Assembly (NCBI GenBank): GCA_028865345.1 | Contig: JAGWKL010000003.1 | Span: 184 to 64,183, forward strand | DNA length: 64,000 nt | From: Candidatus Omnitrophota bacterium | GTDB lineage: Bacteria; Omnitrophota; Gorgyraeia; Zapsychrales; Fredricksoniimonadaceae | Direction: 5' to 3' | Part shown: one piece after another, positions 19,445 to 29,546 of the stretch | Position numbering within the stretch: position 1 is the first letter of the stretch | How the letters are laid out: the number at the start of each line of letters is the position of its first letter | Translations under genes and position numbers: made by a program | The notes under the pieces: model-generated | The model's input: only the letters and a program-made list of their open reading frames with translations | The model's database searches: none | What the model was told of the DNA's origin: nothing

Positions 19445-20165
19445 TATAGGCAATACCACCATCGGCTTTGCCGTGCTCAACAACTCCGGGCGGATCAAAT
19501 CGTCGGTTGTCATTGATACGGATTCAAAGACCGGCAGGATAAAGGCGGTGGTTGCCAAGATTTTGAAAGCCGGGGGACTCAAAAGGGCCATCATATGCTC
19601 TGTTGTCCCCCGGGTTTCGAAGGTGCTGGAGAATATTTTAAAAAAGAGCATGCCTGTTGATATCATAGGCCGGGATATCTTCGTGCCGGTCAGGAACCGT
19701 TATAAAAATCCGAAACAAGTGGGCCAGGACCGTTTGGTGGGCGCTTTCGGCGCCATGAAAATTTATGGCCGCCCGTTGATCGTAGTAGACTTGGGAACAG
19801 CCGTCACCTTTGACGTTATCTCGCCCAAGGGGGAATATTTGGGGGGCGCCATCGTCCCGGGCCTTCGCTTGTCCGCGGAATCCCTATTTTTGAAAACCGC
19901 GCTTTTGCCCCATATCGAGATTGCGGCCCCGCGCCGGATCATAGGGAGAACGACCCGGGAAAGCATCCTTAGCGGCCTGTTTTATGGCTATGGCTCATTA
20001 TGCCGCGGGTTTATTGATTTAATAAGCCGGCAAATCAATCCCAAACCTAAGGTGGTGATGACCGGAGGGCATACCCGTCTCATGAAAAAGTTTGTCTCGC
20101 CTAAAATCCGCATTATTGATGAAGATTTAGTGTTTAAAGGGATTTATTTCTTGTCACGTTCATAA
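19428..20165 (+). CDS. coaX: Type III pantothenate kinase
   Basis: MLLAVDIGNTTIGFAV N-terminus and a GTAVTFD motif. Confidence 0.85.
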   Translation: MLLAVDIGNTTIGFAVLNNSGRIKSSVVIDTDSKTGRIKAVVAKILKAGGLKRAIICSVVPRVSKVLENILKKSMPVDIIGRDIFVPVRNRYKNPKQVGQDRLVGAFGAMKIYGRPLIVVDLGTAVTFDVISPKGEYLGGAIVPGLRLSAESLFLKTALLPHIEIAAPRRIIGRTTRESILSGLFYGYGSLCRGFIDLISRQINPKPKVVMTGGHTRLMKKFVSPKIRIIDEDLVFKGIYFLSRS

Positions 20166-20202
20166 CTAATTATATTTTATATAGATACAAACTTGACAAG
20201 CC

Positions 20203-20234
20203 ACTATTATATGTTAATCTTTCATAAATTGGTA
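20203..20234 (+). promoter_or_regulatory. Putative sigma70-type promoter of the giant gene (TTGACA, ~16-nt spacer, TAATCT) in an AT-rich 156-nt spacer
   Basis: A consensus −35 hexamer was seen, but the −10 assignment is ambiguous. Confidence 0.3.
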
Positions 20235-20321
20235 AGAAAACGTTTTTTAATGTTGTTTTTCCAACCTAAGGCGGATTCCCTTGGGTAGATAGAAAATTCA
20301 TTCACGTAAGGAGAACAGTAA

Positions 20322-23300
20322 ATGACTTTTTCATCCATCCGCCGTTCCTGGTATTCCCGTTATATTAGCTTATGTCTTATGGCCGCCTTTATAGGGACCA
20401 TGGTGATTACGCCTAAGGCTTATGCTCAGGAGGGGGTTTTGGGACTGCCCCAACCAGGGGCAATGGTGGATCTATCTCCCGCTTATGTGCCGCTCATGAT
20501 CACCGGTTTGACCGTGCATCCCCACAATCCTTTATTAATGGATTTTATTGTTAATACCGGCAACAGCGGCTTGGATGCCGCCCAGGTTAAAAAAGAATCC
20601 GGCCGCCTGATCAAATATTTTTTGGCCTGCCTCACCATTCCCGAGAACGATCAGTGGGTCAACCTTTCGCCGTATGAAAAAGACCGCATCATCCCCAAAG
20701 ATTTAGGGCAGACCGTATTGGGCCGGGATATGCTGGCCCAGGATTATATTTTGAAACAATTGACCGCGTCCATGATCTATCCGGAAAAGAATTTGGGAAG
20801 GAAATTTTGGAACGACGTTTACGCAAAGGCTCGTCAGATGTACGGCACCACCCAAATCCCGGTGAATACTTTTAATAAGGTATGGATTTTGCCGGAGTTT
20901 GCCCAAGTCTATGAACATGGCAACACCGTACTTGTCGTCAAGAGCCATCTCAAGGTCATGCTCGATCAGGATTATCTGGCTTTAAAACACCATGCGCAAG
21001 GGGTGAGCAGCACGGCCGAAGAATCCAAAGTCGATACGCTCGGAAGTCAAATCGTCCGCCAGGTCATTCTTCCGGCCATAGAACATGAAGTCAACACGGG
21101 CAGGAACTTCGCCCAAATGCGCCAGATCTATAATTCCATGATCCTGGCCGTCTGGTTTAAGGAGAATTTGAAGCAGGCCCTTCTCAACCAGGTCTATACG
21201 GACAGATCCAAGGTCAACGGCGTCAATGTGGCTGACCCGGCCATTAAAGAAAAGATATACAGGCAGTATCTTGAGGCCTATAAGAAGGGGGTATTCAACT
21301 ATATTAAGGAAGAGACCGACCCTAACAGCCAGGAGACCATCCCTCGTAAATATTTCTCCGGAGGGCTGACTCCGTTTGATGCCGCCATGCTTCATAAGGT
21401 GCCGGCAGAGGAAGCCGAGGCCGATCTTAGCGGCCAGCCTGGAAGAACTTTCGATCTCCTGAGTGAGGTCGGCAAGGTTCCGGGGAACGCGGCCCATCCC
21501 AACGCGGCGATGACGGTTTCTTTGAATAGGGGCTTAACAGAGGCATTGAATCAATTAGGCGTTTCAAATCAACTCAATGCGGTCCAGGGAATCATGGTGG
21601 ATGCCGTCAATGTTGAGGGGTTTTTGGGTAATTTGGATAAATTGTATGAGGGCAAGAAAAGTCCGGAAGCCATCAAAACCGCCCTCACCAATGTCGGGAT
21701 TCTGTCAAGAGACGGCACAAGCATTACCACAGAAATATTTGATCAAAACAATGCAGTGACGATGTTCAAATCCAGGTTGGGCGTCAAGGAAGTTTATGTC
21801 CTGAGCATTCAAAAAGCCATGGTGGATGCCATGGATGTGCCCCAATTTTTAAAATCATTTCCGGATGAACAGCAATCCACTGTTGCAGAGGCTTTAGTCA
21901 ACAACGGCGGAGACAACGGCATTTTTGAGGCGTTCAAGCCTTTTGTATCAACGCCCCAAACTTCCAACGCGGCCATGACATCGACTATTGAAAGCGCATG
22001 GCGACGGGCTGATGAGATGGGATTAAAGGGAGCGATTTTGTTGGAATTTGAAGAAGAACATCCCCGGGGAGGCGGAGACATTAATTTATTTGTCCCGGCC
22101 GTCCTTGCACCATTACATCAGGTGAAAGGGAAGCTGCTTTCCGGTTTTCCTCACGGCTCTGGTAAAGATGTTTATATTGATGGGACTCCCGGTTTTTCTC
22201 CCGATAATATTATTATGATCAAATGGAAGGATCTGGTTTATTTGGCCCCGCATCTAAAGCCCCAGGGGTTGTCGGCCATTTTGAGTTTTTTTCAGGCGCA
22301 ACACCAGGGATTGCCCCAAGCCAATGATTTGATAGAGATCGTACGGACCGATGCGGCAATGGCTGGCCAACCCAGCCGGCAGCTGGAAAATATTTTGTCG
22401 GAAAAAGTGACATCGGTCAAAGAAAGCATGCAGCCCCTGCTGGAGGCTTACGACGCGGCCAAGGCCCAAGGTCAGGCCGATAAGGTCAAAGGCATTGAAG
22501 GCGAAATCAACCAGATCGTCGACAAGGTCAATGTCTACGATCAATCCAACCCCGAAGATTTGGTCCTTTCTGATGATGTTCAATCCCTGGCAGGCTTCTT
22601 AAGCAGTCCCGATGTTCGGGTCTATCAGAATGAGGCCAGGCAGGATCTTTTAACGGGCGACTATGTGCCGCAATTTATTTTTGCCGGCGCGGCCACGCGC
22701 CTTAACCGTGGGCCGATGTATAACTTGGATATTTGGGACATAGCTGTGGAAATGGGTAAGGCCAAACCGGGAGATGCCAAGTCACATATGGGTATGGGGC
22801 CCCGCCAGATCATGGCTTACCGTTTGGCGTTGGAATCCCTGGCCCAGAAGAATGGGCTTCCGGTGCAGGAGGTTCTGGCCAGGCAGAAAATGATCGTTAA
22901 CGTGAATGCTGACGTTGAGCAGATTGTTCTGGACGATTTTCTCAAGAATGATTTCTACGGATTCGACCCGGACAATGTTTATTTCATCACCCAGCCGACC
23001 TTCCATGGTTATAAATTTGAAAACGGTCGTTTGGTGTTTGATCCGAAAAGCCCCACGGTGCCTTATGGTCATGGATATAATTTTATGCAATTGGGCCAGC
23101 CGGGGCAGGCGTATACATTGGGTCTCGACGGAAGCCGCCGCTATTTGAAAGGCAGTGTTTTGAGCCAGTTCCCTGATGATGCCCTCATTGGCAGCCATCG
23201 CATCAATGATTTGACCAAACTCTCCGAGGATTCCGTGGTCAGTGTGGATAAACTGGCTTTTGCGATCGCCAAATTTGAACAGGGCTTTGACGTGGTCGGG

Positions 23301-26018
23301 GAACTGGTCGATAACCCCAACAAGCAAAAAGGCGGGAATGTGTTGAAGAACAGGAAGACCGGCAAGAGCTTTCTGATTGAGACTTCGAATGTCAAAGGCA
23401 ACCCGGCGCTCATCAAGCTCCTGGATGAAGCTGGGAAGGTGGGCGCGCCGTATAATGCTTTCAGGCTGGTGTATAAGGTCGGAGGTTTAAAAAAGATCCT
23501 GCAGGAAAATTTGCCGTTTAACCTGAGGTTCAAGGATGGAGAGTTTTATTTGGAGGCGGTTACAGGTGATGTGACCCAAATGCCTGATACAAATGCCGTG
23601 TTCATGAACTCAGGGGAGCAGATACATGATTTTAAAGAGCCCAAGAATATGGACGATGCTCTCTATTATTTGAGGAAAAGCGACGATCAAATAGCTTCCG
23701 CTAATCCGGCGATGGTTACAGATGAATCCATTTTGTCCTGGCGCTCCCCGCACGGCCTGTCCTTGAGCCAGGTTTTGGACAAGATCATCAAGGAGTACGA
23801 TATCCGCGGATTTGACGGATATGGCGATCAGACGCAATATCCCCAGCAGATGGATGCCACGTTGCTGCGCTGGATCGGCCGGGCGTTGGGGATGGTGAAA
23901 TTTTATTCGGCGGCGCACGACAGGGAAGTCCAATTGAAGCCGGGGGACACCTTTGTTATCGGCGGCGACAATGGGCCGTCAACGGAGGAATTGGTAAAGA
24001 AGAATTTGATTAAAGGCTTGCGCGATGTGGGGATCAACGTGATCGACCTGGGCGTCACCAATTCCGGGCACACGTATAAGAGCATTAAAGAATTTGGGGC
24101 GCAGGGCGGCCTGTATGTTACGCGCAGTCATGTGGAGGTGGGGACCAACGGCGCAAAACCCATTATCGACGGCATTACCCTTTATGGTGAAATGCTTACG
24201 GCCATTAAAGGCCAAATCCTCAAGGCGGAGTACCGCAAGGCGCAGCGCGGGGAATTAATGACCGAACATGAGCCGGAAGCGGCAAGTTTGAGGGCCAGGG
24301 CAAAACAAGCCTATCTGGATTCATTGAAGCGGGATTACCGCGGATTGGCTGACCAGCTGTCGCAAATGGGATTGCGGGTGGCCGTTAATTTAAACAGCGG
24401 TTCCATGGCGGCAGATGCCGATTATCGCCAGGTGATCCGCGATATTCTCGGTGCGGGGAATATTGAAACCTTTCTTAAAGAGGAACCGGATGCGCTGGCC
24501 ACAAAGGGCCTGGCCGATCCGTCACGTGCCGACGAAAAAGCTTTGGCCCACAAGGAAGCCAATATTGTGGCCTACTCCGAAAACCATCCGGACGTTCCTG
24601 TTTTTAACTTTGACCTGGACGCGGACAGGGTGAGTATTTTATGGAACGGCCGGCTTTTCCTGGGGGATGAAATATTTTATCCCATCATTGAATACCAGTC
24701 GACCCTGGCGCCCTATGCGGATATCCTGAGAAATGAAGCGGGGTTTGCTTTTGATTCGCGGATGAAATCGGAAGTTTTTGAACTGGCGAAGCATTTTGGC
24801 GTAAAAGCCGGGCTGCACCCGAAGGGGCACTCAAAAGTGAAAGCCACCATGGATGTCATCCTGCGCCAGATCGCCTCCCAAAGAGGAATGACGGTGGCCA
24901 AATTTTTGAAAACACATCCCGGCTTCCGCATGGCCGAACCGGAGTATTCGCTTCATATGTTCCTTTCGAATTCCAGGGGGGAATCCTTGGATGATGCCCT
25001 GGATTTCATGTTTTTCTGGCTCAACGCGTGGGGAAAAGTTACAGAAGCAAAAGGCGATTCCCAGCTCACGCTTGCACAATACATTCAGAATTTAAAGGAT
25101 AAAGGCATTATTAACGATGCCAAGCAGGTGCCGGAACAGCGCATCCCCATTAATGAAGACGCCAAATTTGATTCGATGACAAAGATGAAAAATGCGGTGA
25201 TTGACTTTTTTGCGGGGCGGGATGATTTCGAATATATCAGCGATTACCGGGACTCCAGCAAGAGGTCAAAATCCTATGCGTTGGTCAATAATGACGGCGT
25301 GTTTCATTTGTATACCCCTTACGGCGAGGCTTTCTGGGGATGGTCAAACACTTCTCCGAAAGTGGCCATTGGCGTGCAAAGCGCCACGGAGGAATCCAAG
25401 AAGCGGTTGGCCCAAATCGTCACGGCCATGTATATTCATGCCCGCAACAGGGTCGCTGAGGATTTGCACATCAGCCTTCCCCAAATAGATCCGCTTGAAA
25501 CAAAGGCGCTTTATCAGCTTATGGGGGCATCATCTCCGGGCGAGTTGGAAGGCAAGATCCTTGAGAAATATCCGACCATGGAGGCCGCCTTAAGCGCAAT
25601 ACCCGATGCCGCGATGGCTGCAAGCAGTGCGGTCATTGGAGAAGAAACCGATTGGCTGCGGGCGATCAATTCTTCCGGCAGCAATGAGCAGCTTAAAGGA
25701 ATCACCAAACAGCTCTCCCGCAGCGGATTGCCGGAGCGTGAAATAGAAAAATTGATCCAGGCCGCCAATTTCAGGCGAAAACTCATCTTTAAGAATGAAA
25801 AGAATAAATACGGCTTGGGCAGATCTCAAGCCGAGCCCGGCGGTATCGACCTTAATTCCAGAACGCTGAACATGGAGAGTACGGGGCAAAAGGTGCACAT
25901 CACCTTTGACCCTGCCATGATCGCGCAATTCCGTCGCGGGGATTTTTCCGGCGTTAAAATCCAAATTCTCAACGTTGTTCCGATCCAGCTTGCGCCGTTA
26001 TTGGGTCTCAAACAATAG
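20322..26018 (+). CDS. Giant (1,898-aa) signal-peptide protein with internal phosphohexomutase-like and UDP-sugar-pyrophosphorylase-like regions
   Basis: One uninterrupted ORF with an AGGAG RBS and an N-terminal signal peptide (…AFIGTMVITPKAYA|QE). By eye, residues ~1120-1500 follow the phosphoglucomutase/phosphomannomutase motif order (DIRGFDG; VIGGDNGPS; GGLYVTRSHVEVGTNG in place of TASHNP; DLDADR in place of DGDGDR). Residues ~760-1100 have NTP-transferase/UDPGP-like loops (FAGAATRLNRG; PYGHGYNF). The rest is unassignable. Confidence 0.8.
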   Translation: MTFSSIRRSWYSRYISLCLMAAFIGTMVITPKAYAQEGVLGLPQPGAMVDLSPAYVPLMITGLTVHPHNPLLMDFIVNTGNSGLDAAQVKKESGRLIKYFLACLTIPENDQWVNLSPYEKDRIIPKDLGQTVLGRDMLAQDYILKQLTASMIYPEKNLGRKFWNDVYAKARQMYGTTQIPVNTFNKVWILPEFAQVYEHGNTVLVVKSHLKVMLDQDYLALKHHAQGVSSTAEESKVDTLGSQIVRQVILPAIEHEVNTGRNFAQMRQIYNSMILAVWFKENLKQALLNQVYTDRSKVNGVNVADPAIKEKIYRQYLEAYKKGVFNYIKEETDPNSQETIPRKYFSGGLTPFDAAMLHKVPAEEAEADLSGQPGRTFDLLSEVGKVPGNAAHPNAAMTVSLNRGLTEALNQLGVSNQLNAVQGIMVDAVNVEGFLGNLDKLYEGKKSPEAIKTALTNVGILSRDGTSITTEIFDQNNAVTMFKSRLGVKEVYVLSIQKAMVDAMDVPQFLKSFPDEQQSTVAEALVNNGGDNGIFEAFKPFVSTPQTSNAAMTSTIESAWRRADEMGLKGAILLEFEEEHPRGGGDINLFVPAVLAPLHQVKGKLLSGFPHGSGKDVYIDGTPGFSPDNIIMIKWKDLVYLAPHLKPQGLSAILSFFQAQHQGLPQANDLIEIVRTDAAMAGQPSRQLENILSEKVTSVKESMQPLLEAYDAAKAQGQADKVKGIEGEINQIVDKVNVYDQSNPEDLVLSDDVQSLAGFLSSPDVRVYQNEARQDLLTGDYVPQFIFAGAATRLNRGPMYNLDIWDIAVEMGKAKPGDAKSHMGMGPRQIMAYRLALESLAQKNGLPVQEVLARQKMIVNVNADVEQIVLDDFLKNDFYGFDPDNVYFITQPTFHGYKFENGRLVFDPKSPTVPYGHGYNFMQLGQPGQAYTLGLDGSRRYLKGSVLSQFPDDALIGSHRINDLTKLSEDSVVSVDKLAFAIAKFEQGFDVVGELVDNPNKQKGGNVLKNRKTGKSFLIETSNVKGNPALIKLLDEAGKVGAPYNAFRLVYKVGGLKKILQENLPFNLRFKDGEFYLEAVTGDVTQMPDTNAVFMNSGEQIHDFKEPKNMDDALYYLRKSDDQIASANPAMVTDESILSWRSPHGLSLSQVLDKIIKEYDIRGFDGYGDQTQYPQQMDATLLRWIGRALGMVKFYSAAHDREVQLKPGDTFVIGGDNGPSTEELVKKNLIKGLRDVGINVIDLGVTNSGHTYKSIKEFGAQGGLYVTRSHVEVGTNGAKPIIDGITLYGEMLTAIKGQILKAEYRKAQRGELMTEHEPEAASLRARAKQAYLDSLKRDYRGLADQLSQMGLRVAVNLNSGSMAADADYRQVIRDILGAGNIETFLKEEPDALATKGLADPSRADEKALAHKEANIVAYSENHPDVPVFNFDLDADRVSILWNGRLFLGDEIFYPIIEYQSTLAPYADILRNEAGFAFDSRMKSEVFELAKHFGVKAGLHPKGHSKVKATMDVILRQIASQRGMTVAKFLKTHPGFRMAEPEYSLHMFLSNSRGESLDDALDFMFFWLNAWGKVTEAKGDSQLTLAQYIQNLKDKGIINDAKQVPEQRIPINEDAKFDSMTKMKNAVIDFFAGRDDFEYISDYRDSSKRSKSYALVNNDGVFHLYTPYGEAFWGWSNTSPKVAIGVQSATEESKKRLAQIVTAMYIHARNRVAEDLHISLPQIDPLETKALYQLMGASSPGELEGKILEKYPTMEAALSAIPDAAMAASSAVIGEETDWLRAINSSGSNEQLKGITKQLSRSGLPEREIEKLIQAANFRRKLIFKNEKNKYGLGRSQAEPGGIDLNSRTLNMESTGQKVHITFDPAMIAQFRRGDFSGVKIQILNVVPIQLAPLLGLKQ

Positions 26019-26040
26019 CAGGCCCCGTTTCCGGATGGTT

Positions 26041-26067
26041 TTAGCACTCCGGCAAATTCACTGCTAA
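26041..26067 (+). promoter_or_regulatory. Degenerate CIRCE-like inverted repeat (TTAGCACTC-N9-CACTGCTAA)
   Basis: The left half is perfect. The right half differs from GAGTGCTAA at 2 positions. It lies 34 nt upstream of the consensus CIRCE. Confidence 0.4.
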
Positions 26068-26074
26068 AATTTTC

Positions 26075-26103
26075 TTGACAAAAATTTTATCTACCGCTAT
26101 ATT
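26075..26103 (+). promoter_or_regulatory. sigmaA-type promoter of groES-groEL (−35 TTGACA 26075-80; 17-nt spacer; −10 TATATT 26098-103)
   Basis: Consensus hexamers with canonical spacing. The −10 overlaps the CIRCE. Confidence 0.65.
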
Positions 26104-26128
26104 AGCACTCTGAATTTAGCAGTGCTAA
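26102..26128 (+). promoter_or_regulatory. CIRCE operator (HrcA binding site): TTAGCACTC-TGAATTTAG-CAGTGCTAA
   Basis: Matches the CIRCE consensus TTAGCACTC-N9-GAGTGCTAA with one mismatch. It is positioned at the transcription start of groES. Confidence 0.85.
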
Positions 26129-26199
26129 GAATGAACTTTCCCCCTGAAAGCTCTTAGAAAAAATTCATTATTAACCGTTTTTTACCAAGGAGGAGATGT

Positions 26200-26490
26200 A
26201 TGTCTATCCAACCATTAGCTGACCGCATTGTGGTCAAGGTGCTGGAAGCTAAAGAAGTCACCAAGGGAGGCATTTTACTTCCGGACACCGCGAAGGAAAA
26301 GCCTCAGGAAGGCAAGGTCATTGCCGCAGGTAAAGGAAAAACCTCTGATAACGGCCAACTTGTGCCCCTGGAAGTCAAGGTGGGTGACCGCATCCTGTTT
26401 GCCAAATACGGCGGTACGGAAATCACCACCACGGACGGTGAAGAGCTTTTGATCATGAAGGAAGATGATGTTTTGGCCATTGTAAAATAA
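26200..26490 (+). CDS. groES: Co-chaperonin GroES
   Basis: 96 aa with the mobile-loop region ([18 protein letters not shown]). Precedes groEL. Confidence 0.95.
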   Translation: MSIQPLADRIVVKVLEAKEVTKGGILLPDTAKEKPQEGKVIAAGKGKTSDNGQLVPLEVKVGDRILFAKYGGTEITTTDGEELLIMKEDDVLAIVK

Positions 26491-26512
26491 ATTTTCTTAA
26501 GGAGGTAGTCAA

Positions 26513-28162
26513 ATGGGAGCAAAACAATTGATTTTCGAAGATGAAGCACGCCGCAAGGTCCTGCGCGGAGTTGAGCAGTTATCACGCGCGGTCAAGGTCA
26601 CCTTGGGGCCCAAAGGCCGCAACGTGGTCCTGGACAAGAAATTCGGTAGCCCTACCGTCACCAAGGACGGTGTATCTGTCGCCAAGGAGATCGAACTGGA
26701 AGATCCTTATGAAAACATGGGCGCCCAGATGGTCAAGGAAGTTGCCGAAAAGACCTCTGATATTGCGGGGGACGGAACAACCACCGCCACGGTCCTGGCT
26801 GAGGCCATTTACCGTGAAGGTTTGAAGAACGTCACGGCCGGTGCCAATCCCATGGCCCTTAAGCGCGGGATTGAAATAGCCGTGGAGCGGGTGGTGTCCA
26901 AGGTGGAAAAGATCGCCAAAAAGGTCGACCTGAAGAATACCAAGGAAGTCGAGCAGGTGGCCACCGTCGCCGCCAACAACGATAATGTCATCGGCAAAAA
27001 GATCGCCGAGGCCTTCGAAGCGGTCGGCAAGGACGGCGTCATCACCGTTGAAGAAAGCAAGACCATCAATACCGAATTAAAGATCGTCGAGGGTATGCAG
27101 TTCGACCAGGGCTATCTGTCCCCGTATTTCTCCACGGACATGGAAAAGATGGTCTGTGAGCTGGAAGACCCTTATATCCTGCTTTATGAAAAGAAGATCT
27201 CCAGCATTAAAGACATCCTGCCGGTCCTGGAAAAAGTGGCCAAGGCCGGACGTCCTTTGTTGATCATCTGCGAAGAAGTCGAGGGCGAGGCGCTGGCCAC
27301 CCTGGTCGTCAATAAGATGCGCGGCACCCTGCATTGCGCCGCGGTGAAAGCCCCGGGCTACGGCGACCGCCGCAAGGAGATGCTTAAAGATATTGCTGTT
27401 TTAACCGGCGGCAAGGCCGTCACTGAGGACTTGGGCCTTAAGCTGGAAAATATCGATGTCCCCGATTTAGGCCGTGCCAAGAAGGTCAAGATCGACAAGG
27501 ACAATACCACGATCGTGCAGGGCGGCGGCAAACAGGCGGATATCAAGGCCCGCCTGGCCCAGATCAAAAACCAGATCGAGACCACCGATTCTTCCTATGA
27601 TAAAGAGAAATTGCAGGAACGCCTGGCCAAGATCGCCGGCGGGGTGGCCATCATCAATGTGGGCGCTGCCACAGAATCCGAAATGAAGGAAAAGAAGGCC
27701 CGTGTGGAAGACGCGCTGCATGCGACCCGCGCGGCCGTGGAAGAAGGCATTGTCCCGGGCGGCGGTGTGGCCTTGTTGCGCTGCATCGGGGACGCCTTGG
27801 CGGACAGCCTTAATGGGGATGAAAAAACAGGCGCCGAGATCGTCCGCCGCGCCCTGGAATCTCCCTTGCGCCAGTTGGCCCTCAATGCCGGCAAGGAAGG
27901 CTCCGTTATTGTCGAGAGTCTCCGGGAGAAAGGGAAAAACGCCAATTTCGGTTATGATTTTAATTCCGACAAGGAAGTCGACATGATCGACGCGGGCATC
28001 ATCGATCCTGCCAAGGTGACCCGCACGGCTTTGCAGAATGCGGCGTCCATCGCGGCGTTGCTTTTGACCACAGAATGCCTGGTCACGGACGTTCCTGAAA
28101 AGGAAAAACCGGCCATGCCTCCGATGCCTGGCGGCGGTGGCGGTATGGGTGGGATGTATTAA
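26513..28162 (+). CDS. groEL: Chaperonin GroEL
   Basis: 549 aa with the hallmark [12 protein letters not shown] and a C-terminal GGM tail ([10 protein letters not shown]). Confidence 0.97.
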   Translation: MGAKQLIFEDEARRKVLRGVEQLSRAVKVTLGPKGRNVVLDKKFGSPTVTKDGVSVAKEIELEDPYENMGAQMVKEVAEKTSDIAGDGTTTATVLAEAIYREGLKNVTAGANPMALKRGIEIAVERVVSKVEKIAKKVDLKNTKEVEQVATVAANNDNVIGKKIAEAFEAVGKDGVITVEESKTINTELKIVEGMQFDQGYLSPYFSTDMEKMVCELEDPYILLYEKKISSIKDILPVLEKVAKAGRPLLIICEEVEGEALATLVVNKMRGTLHCAAVKAPGYGDRRKEMLKDIAVLTGGKAVTEDLGLKLENIDVPDLGRAKKVKIDKDNTTIVQGGGKQADIKARLAQIKNQIETTDSSYDKEKLQERLAKIAGGVAIINVGAATESEMKEKKARVEDALHATRAAVEEGIVPGGGVALLRCIGDALADSLNGDEKTGAEIVRRALESPLRQLALNAGKEGSVIVESLREKGKNANFGYDFNSDKEVDMIDAGIIDPAKVTRTALQNAASIAALLLTTECLVTDVPEKEKPAMPPMPGGGGGMGGMY

Positions 28163-28180
28163 TCAACCGCGGTTGAAAAA

Positions 28181-28212
28181 GGGACAGGGCCATAGCCCTG
28201 TCCCTTTTTTTA
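28181..28212 (+). terminator. Rho-independent terminator after groEL
   Basis: GGGACAGGGC-CATA-GCCCTGTCCC (10-bp perfect stem) followed by TTTTTTTT. Confidence 0.8.
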
Positions 28213-28241
28213 TTGACTTTTTGCCCTGTATAATGTATAAT
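28213..28241 (+). promoter_or_regulatory. Putative promoter of the guaB-like/guaA operon (−35 TTGACT 28213-18; 17-nt spacer; −10 TATAAT 28236-41)
   Basis: Consensus hexamers with 17-nt spacing. A second TATAAT lies 7 nt upstream. Confidence 0.45.
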
Positions 28242-28310
28242 TCCGCTTCAAATTCATTTTTATACCTCTTTCTTAAGTCTATATCTTATTGAAAATAAAG
28301 GAGTTAAGCA

Positions 28311-29480
28311 ATGGCCGATTGGATTGGTATCGGGCGGCGTGCACGCAGATGTTATGGCTTTGATGAGGTGGCTCTGGTCCCCGGCACGGTAACGGTGAAC
28401 CCCGGTGAAGTGGATACTACCTTTATTTTAGGTAAATATAAATTTTCCGTTCCTATCATGGCCGCTTCCATGGACGGCGTTGTTGACGTCAATTTTGCGA
28501 TTGCCATGGGCAAACTGGGAGGCATTGCGGTCTTGAACCTGGACGGCATCCAGACCCGTTATGATGATCCCAAAGAAATTCTGGACCAGATAGCTTCCGC
28601 CACGCCCGAAGAAGCCACCAAACTTGTCCAGAGCCTTTACGACAACGCCAAATTCCCCGTCAAAGATAAGTTGATCGCCAGGCGTATCCAGCAGATCAAA
28701 GAAGCCAAGGTGCCGGCGGTCGTCAGTTGTATCCCCCAGAATGCCGCCCATTTTTCCAAAATCGCCGTTGAAGCGGGGGTGGACATTTTTATCGTGCAGT
28801 CAACCGTGGCAACGGTCCGCCATGTCGCCACGGAGTATAAGATCCTGGATTTGGCGCAATTTTGCAGGGACACCAAGGTCCCCGTTATCGTCGGTAATGT
28901 GGTCACCTACGACATGGCCCTGGAGATCATGGAGGCCGGCGCTTCGGCGGTCCTGGTCGGCATCGGGCCCGGCGCTGCGTGCACCTCACGCGGAGTTTTG
29001 GGCATCGGCGTGCCCCAAATCACGGCAACGGTCGATTGCTGCGCGGCCCGGGATTATTATTTCAAACGCAAAGGCCAGTATATCCCCATGATCACCGACG
29101 GAGGTATGCGCATCGGCGGCGAGATCTGCAAGGCTTTTGCGGCCGGCTCGGATGCCGTCATGGTGGGTTCTGCTTTTGCCAAGGCCACAGAGGCGCCGGG
29201 GCGGGGATATCATTGGGGCATGGCGACGAGCCACGCCAATCTGCCGCGCGGCACGCGCATCCGTGTCGGCACCAGCGGCACCCTGAAGGAGATCCTCATA
29301 GGACCGGCCAAGGTCGATGATGGTTCTCAGAATTTGATCGGCGCCTTAAAAACATCCATGGGGTCCTTGGGCGCCGGCAACATCAAAGAAATGCATGACG
29401 TGGAAATTATCCTCGCACCCTCCATCCAGACGGAAGGCAAGGTCTTTCAGATCGGCCAACGGGTGGGTATGGGCAAGTGA
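28311..29480 (+). CDS. guaB: IMP dehydrogenase / GMP reductase family protein (short form without the CBS subdomain)
   Basis: TIM-barrel motifs of the IMPDH family, including the catalytic-loop Cys ([12 protein letters not shown]) and GGMRIGGE. At 389 aa it is ~100 aa shorter than CBS-containing IMPDH. It sits next to guaA. Confidence 0.75.
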   Translation: MADWIGIGRRARRCYGFDEVALVPGTVTVNPGEVDTTFILGKYKFSVPIMAASMDGVVDVNFAIAMGKLGGIAVLNLDGIQTRYDDPKEILDQIASATPEEATKLVQSLYDNAKFPVKDKLIARRIQQIKEAKVPAVVSCIPQNAAHFSKIAVEAGVDIFIVQSTVATVRHVATEYKILDLAQFCRDTKVPVIVGNVVTYDMALEIMEAGASAVLVGIGPGAACTSRGVLGIGVPQITATVDCCAARDYYFKRKGQYIPMITDGGMRIGGEICKAFAAGSDAVMVGSAFAKATEAPGRGYHWGMATSHANLPRGTRIRVGTSGTLKEILIGPAKVDDGSQNLIGALKTSMGSLGAGNIKEMHDVEIILAPSIQTEGKVFQIGQRVGMGK

Positions 29481-29546
29481 CACTACTCTACGACGTCAAA
29501 GGAATCTCTCTTAAAAGCCTTTTGACACTAACAGGAGCAATGGCGC

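Noticed and set aside
28164-28175. 12-bp perfect palindrome CAACCGCGGTTG between the groEL stop and the terminator
   Set aside because: Possibly a protein-binding site, but it is isolated and immediately followed by a canonical intrinsic terminator. Insufficient evidence for a separate feature.
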